Part shown: positions 28,866 to 32,000 of the stretch, piece by piece | Numbering within the stretch: position 1 is the stretch's first letter | How the letters are laid out: every line of letters begins with the position of its first letter | From: Zymomonas mobilis subsp. mobilis ATCC 10988 | GTDB taxonomy: Bacteria > Pseudomonadota > Alphaproteobacteria > Sphingomonadales > Sphingomonadaceae | Assembly: GCF_000175255.2 (NCBI RefSeq) | Contig: NC_017262.1 | Coordinates: 840,001-872,000, forward strand | Direction: 5' to 3' | DNA length: 32,000 nt | Made by a program: the position numbers and the translations under genes | Notes under the pieces: model-generated | The model's input: only the letters and a program-made list of their open reading frames with translations | What the model was told of the DNA's origin: nothing | Databases searched by the model: none

Positions 28866-31196
28866 GTGAGTTTCGACGAAATTCAAAATATTTTCTTTCA
28901 GGAATGCGAGGAAGGCCTCGCTAATATGGAAGCCTGTTTCTCACTCTGCCGCGATGGCGTGCAGGATGACGAAACCATCAACACTATTTTTCGGGCTGTC
29001 CATTCGATCAAGGGGGGTGCTGGGGCTTTCGGTTTTGAACAGCTACGTAGCTTCGCCCATCATTATGAAACGCTGCTTGATAAATTACGAAATGGCGTTC
29101 TCACTCTAACACCTGATTTGCTATCAACCTTGATGGCGGCATTTGATATGCTTAGCGACCACGTCGCCGCTGCCAGCGGTGAACGGGATATGCCGGATGA
29201 TTCCGGTATTATGGATCGCTTAACCGCTGCCATGGAAGAAGGGGGTGGTGAACCACCAAGCTCGGCTGCCGAAGCTCCGGCTGAAACCCCGCCCGAGCCA
29301 GAAGCCCCAGCGGAAGAAGACAGCGTTCCTGATATTGACGGCGATTTCGACTTTGACGATCTCTTAACGTCACTGGACGCACCGGCTGAAACAGAAGACA
29401 AAAAAGAACCCGAAGCGGCGACACCCGTTGAAGAAGAAAAAATAGAAGAAAGCGACGAAGAGGATAACGCACCCAAGTCATGGCTTTTGTGGTTTAAACC
29501 AGATCGCCATGCTCTTGATAATGGCAGCGATCCTTTATTACTGTTGCGCGAATTGGATTCCTTAGGTGCCGAGATAGTCGCTACCGATTATCAGGAATTA
29601 CCTACACTTGAAGACATCAACCCCGAAATATCCTATCTTGGTTGGTGGGTCAGATTACCCGCGGATGTTGAAGAAGAAGATATCCGCTCTGTTTTTGAAT
29701 TTGTTGGCGACATTTCCGAAGTAGTTCTTATCCGCAAAGGCGATAAGAATCAAAAAATGCCGCCACTGCCTGAAAAGGCAGCGTTAAAGCCGGTAACCGA
29801 TCAATCGGAAAAAGAGGCTCTTGCCAAAATCGAGGGACCGAAAGGCGACAAAGAAACGACCAAAGCTGCAGAAAAACCAGCAGCCAAAACGCCGCCAGCC
29901 TCTAAACCGACAGCAAAGGTAGAAGCCGCTAAAAAACCGGCTGCACCCGCTCCCTCGGCAGCGCCAACGAAGGCACCACCTCAGCCGCCGCGCTCGGCGG
30001 CTCCGGCAATGGCGCAAACAATCCGCGTTGACCTCGACAAGCTAGATCGTCTCGTCAATCTTGTCGGTGAATTGGTCATTACGCAGGCGATGCTTGCCCA
30101 ACGTTTGACGGATCAAGGTCTCTCCGGCTCTTCCGAATTAACCGACCTCGATCATCTGACCCGCGAATTGCAAGATAGTGCCATGTCCATCCGCGCCCAA
30201 CCGATGAAAACGGTTTTCAGTCGAGTGCCGCGTATCATCCGTGAATTGGAAGGCGAAACAGGTAAAAAAGTCCGTCTTGATGTGATCGGGGAAATGACCG
30301 AAGTTGATAAAACGGTTGTCGAACGCATCGGCGAACCACTGACCCATTTAATCAGAAACGCGGTCGATCACGGTCTGGAAACGCCTGAAGAACGGGTCGC
30401 CGCTGGAAAGCCGCAAGAAGGCGTTGTCACCTTGGCCGCCGAACACCGCTCTGGCCGGATTATCATCCGTATTTCGGATGATGGTAAGGGGATGAACCGG
30501 GCGCGTATTTTAGAAAAAGCAATCGAAAAAGGCATCGTCTCTCCCGATCAAACCTTGTCGGATGATGATATTGACAATCTGATTTTTGCCCCGGGATTTT
30601 CGACGGCGGCGAAAGTCACCAATGTCTCCGGTCGTGGTGTCGGTATGGATGTGGTTCGCAAAAATGTTCAGGCCTTGGGCGGACGCATTAGTATCAATTC
30701 TCGTCCGGGATTCGGATCGACCTTTACCTTAAGCCTTCCTCTCACCTTGGCGGTTTTGGATGGCATGATTGTCCAGGTCGGTGACCAGACCTTTGTTATT
30801 CCGCTCGGCCATATTGTCGAAAGTCTGCAACCGAATGAAGGCGAAATCAGCGGCATCGGCACAACAGAAAAACTCTTAAATGTCCGCGGTGCCTATGTCC
30901 CCATCCAGTCTATTGGGCGGGAATTATCGGTTGAAAATGCAGAATTAGATCCCTTCAAATCGGTTCTGATCGTGGTCGAATCCGATGGCGGTCAAGCCGT
31001 TCTGATGGTGGATCAAATCCTTGATCAACGGCAAGTCGTCGTCAAAAGCCTCGAGGCCAATTATCAGGCGATTGCCGGTCTGGCCGGTGCCACAATATTG
31101 GGTGATGGACGGGTCGCTTTAATTCTGGATGTCGATAGCTTGGTCGCCCGTTGGCGGCATGATCTCCATTCATCTTCTATCGGGATGGCTGCGTGA
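28866..31196 (+). CDS. cheA: Chemotaxis histidine kinase CheA
   Basis: 776 aa: Hpt domain with IFRAVHSIKGGAGAFGF, HATPase (LIRNAVDHGLETPEERVAAGK; ISDDGKGMN; GRGVGMDVV) and CheW-like C-terminus. Confidence 0.97.
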   Translation: MSFDEIQNIFFQECEEGLANMEACFSLCRDGVQDDETINTIFRAVHSIKGGAGAFGFEQLRSFAHHYETLLDKLRNGVLTLTPDLLSTLMAAFDMLSDHVAAASGERDMPDDSGIMDRLTAAMEEGGGEPPSSAAEAPAETPPEPEAPAEEDSVPDIDGDFDFDDLLTSLDAPAETEDKKEPEAATPVEEEKIEESDEEDNAPKSWLLWFKPDRHALDNGSDPLLLLRELDSLGAEIVATDYQELPTLEDINPEISYLGWWVRLPADVEEEDIRSVFEFVGDISEVVLIRKGDKNQKMPPLPEKAALKPVTDQSEKEALAKIEGPKGDKETTKAAEKPAAKTPPASKPTAKVEAAKKPAAPAPSAAPTKAPPQPPRSAAPAMAQTIRVDLDKLDRLVNLVGELVITQAMLAQRLTDQGLSGSSELTDLDHLTRELQDSAMSIRAQPMKTVFSRVPRIIRELEGETGKKVRLDVIGEMTEVDKTVVERIGEPLTHLIRNAVDHGLETPEERVAAGKPQEGVVTLAAEHRSGRIIIRISDDGKGMNRARILEKAIEKGIVSPDQTLSDDDIDNLIFAPGFSTAAKVTNVSGRGVGMDVVRKNVQALGGRISINSRPGFGSTFTLSLPLTLAVLDGMIVQVGDQTFVIPLGHIVESLQPNEGEISGIGTTEKLLNVRGAYVPIQSIGRELSVENAELDPFKSVLIVVESDGGQAVLMVDQILDQRQVVVKSLEANYQAIAGLAGATILGDGRVALILDVDSLVARWRHDLHSSSIGMAA

Positions 31197-32000
31197 CCCT
31201 CACTACAGACACAAAAAACGCCCTACCTTCAGAAAGACGGGAATTCGAATATACGCTGAAAGATTTCGAGAAAGTCCGCGATCTCGTTTATCAGAATGCC
31301 GGTATTACGTTACAGTCCAGCAAAACCAATCTGGTCTATTCCCGTCTTTCGAAACGCTTGCGTGCCTGCGGGATGCAACGTTTCAAAGACTATCTCACCT
31401 ATCTCGATGAAAACGAGGAAGAAAGAACGCGGGCAGTCACTTCGCTGACCACCAATCACACCAGTTTTTTTCGAGAAAAGCATCATTTCGACCATTTGGT
31501 GAATGAAGTCTGGCCGGCGCTTAAAAAGAAACTGGAATCTGGTGGCCGTGTCCGTATCTGGTCAGCGGGTTGCTCCAGCGGTGAAGAACCTTATACCCTT
31601 GCCATGGCGCTTGCAGGTACCGATCGGAATTTGCCTCGCTGGTTGCTCAAACATGACTTCCGCATTTTGGCATCGGATTTGGCTCCGCATGTGCTGGCAA
31701 CGGCACGCGCTGGCCGTTATCCGAACAGCATTGCAGAATCCATTCCAGCCAGCCTTCGCAATCTCTGGATGACAGCCGATGGCGACTCCATGGTTGTTAA
31801 TCCGATCTGCCAACAACTCATTGCCTTTAGAGAATTGAATCTGCTTGGCACATGGCCAATGCGGCATCAATTTGATGTTATTTTTTGCCGGAATGTCATG
31901 ATTTATTTCGACGAGCCGACAAAAAGCACGCTTTTTCAGAATTTTTCCAAAAAATTAGTAACTGGCGGCTATCTCTATATCGGCCATTCTGAACGCCTTG
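31193..32000 (+). CDS. cheR: Chemotaxis protein methyltransferase CheR (partial at window edge)
   Basis: GTG start overlapping the cheA stop (GTGA). FEKVRDLVYQNAGI, LTTNHTSFFREKHHFDHL, RIWSAGCSSGEEPYTLAM, FDVIFCRNVMIYFD, YLYIGHSERL. Confidence 0.95.
   Translation, partial: MTLTTDTKNALPSERREFEYTLKDFEKVRDLVYQNAGITLQSSKTNLVYSRLSKRLRACGMQRFKDYLTYLDENEEERTRAVTSLTTNHTSFFREKHHFDHLVNEVWPALKKKLESGGRVRIWSAGCSSGEEPYTLAMALAGTDRNLPRWLLKHDFRILASDLAPHVLATARAGRYPNSIAESIPASLRNLWMTADGDSMVVNPICQQLIAFRELNLLGTWPMRHQFDVIFCRNVMIYFDEPTKSTLFQNFSKKLVTGGYLYIGHSERL

Noticed and set aside
1-32000. Looked for CRISPR arrays, tRNA/rRNA genes, toxin-antitoxin pairs, retron or DGR-like repeats and prophage genes.
   Set aside because: No regularly spaced repeats, cloverleaf sequences, reverse transcriptase, nuclease or phage structural motifs were seen by eye. 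A tRNAscan/CRISPR finder run would be needed to confirm the absence.

Overview
This 32 kb window looks like ordinary alphaproteobacterial chromosome. Gene content suggests a Zymomonas mobilis-like genome, but that is inference and I ran no database search. Content, left to right: a pabA/trpG-like amidotransferase plus pabB-like pair (-), a 1.3 kb AT-rich gap holding a small membrane ORF and a compact GC-rich structured block, a PepSY-like secreted protein (-), an Uup-type ABC-F ATPase (+), a GT2 glycosyltransferase plus polytopic membrane protein pair (-), an SMR transporter and MobA-like nucleotidyltransferase (+), leuD/leuC (-), a beta-lactamase-fold serine hydrolase with a Lys/Ala-rich tail (-), a PRISE/5-beta-reductase-like SDR (-) divergent from an HxlR regulator (+), an LplT-like MFS protein (-), pgsA (+), bioB (-), several uncharacterised ORFs, an RSH (RelA/SpoT) gene, and the start of a chemotaxis cluster (MCP, STAS, cheA, cheR). 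The clearest structural event is an 849 bp IS5-family (IS427-like) insertion at 21030..21878. It interrupts a short-chain dehydrogenase gene that can be rejoined exactly in frame. The IS carries a likely -1 frameshift signal, and its OrfB stop codon is supplied by the target site. I found no convincing CRISPR array, toxin-antitoxin module, retron or other new defence-type system. The best candidates for something undescribed are the structured block near 3180..3290 and a few orphan ORFs.
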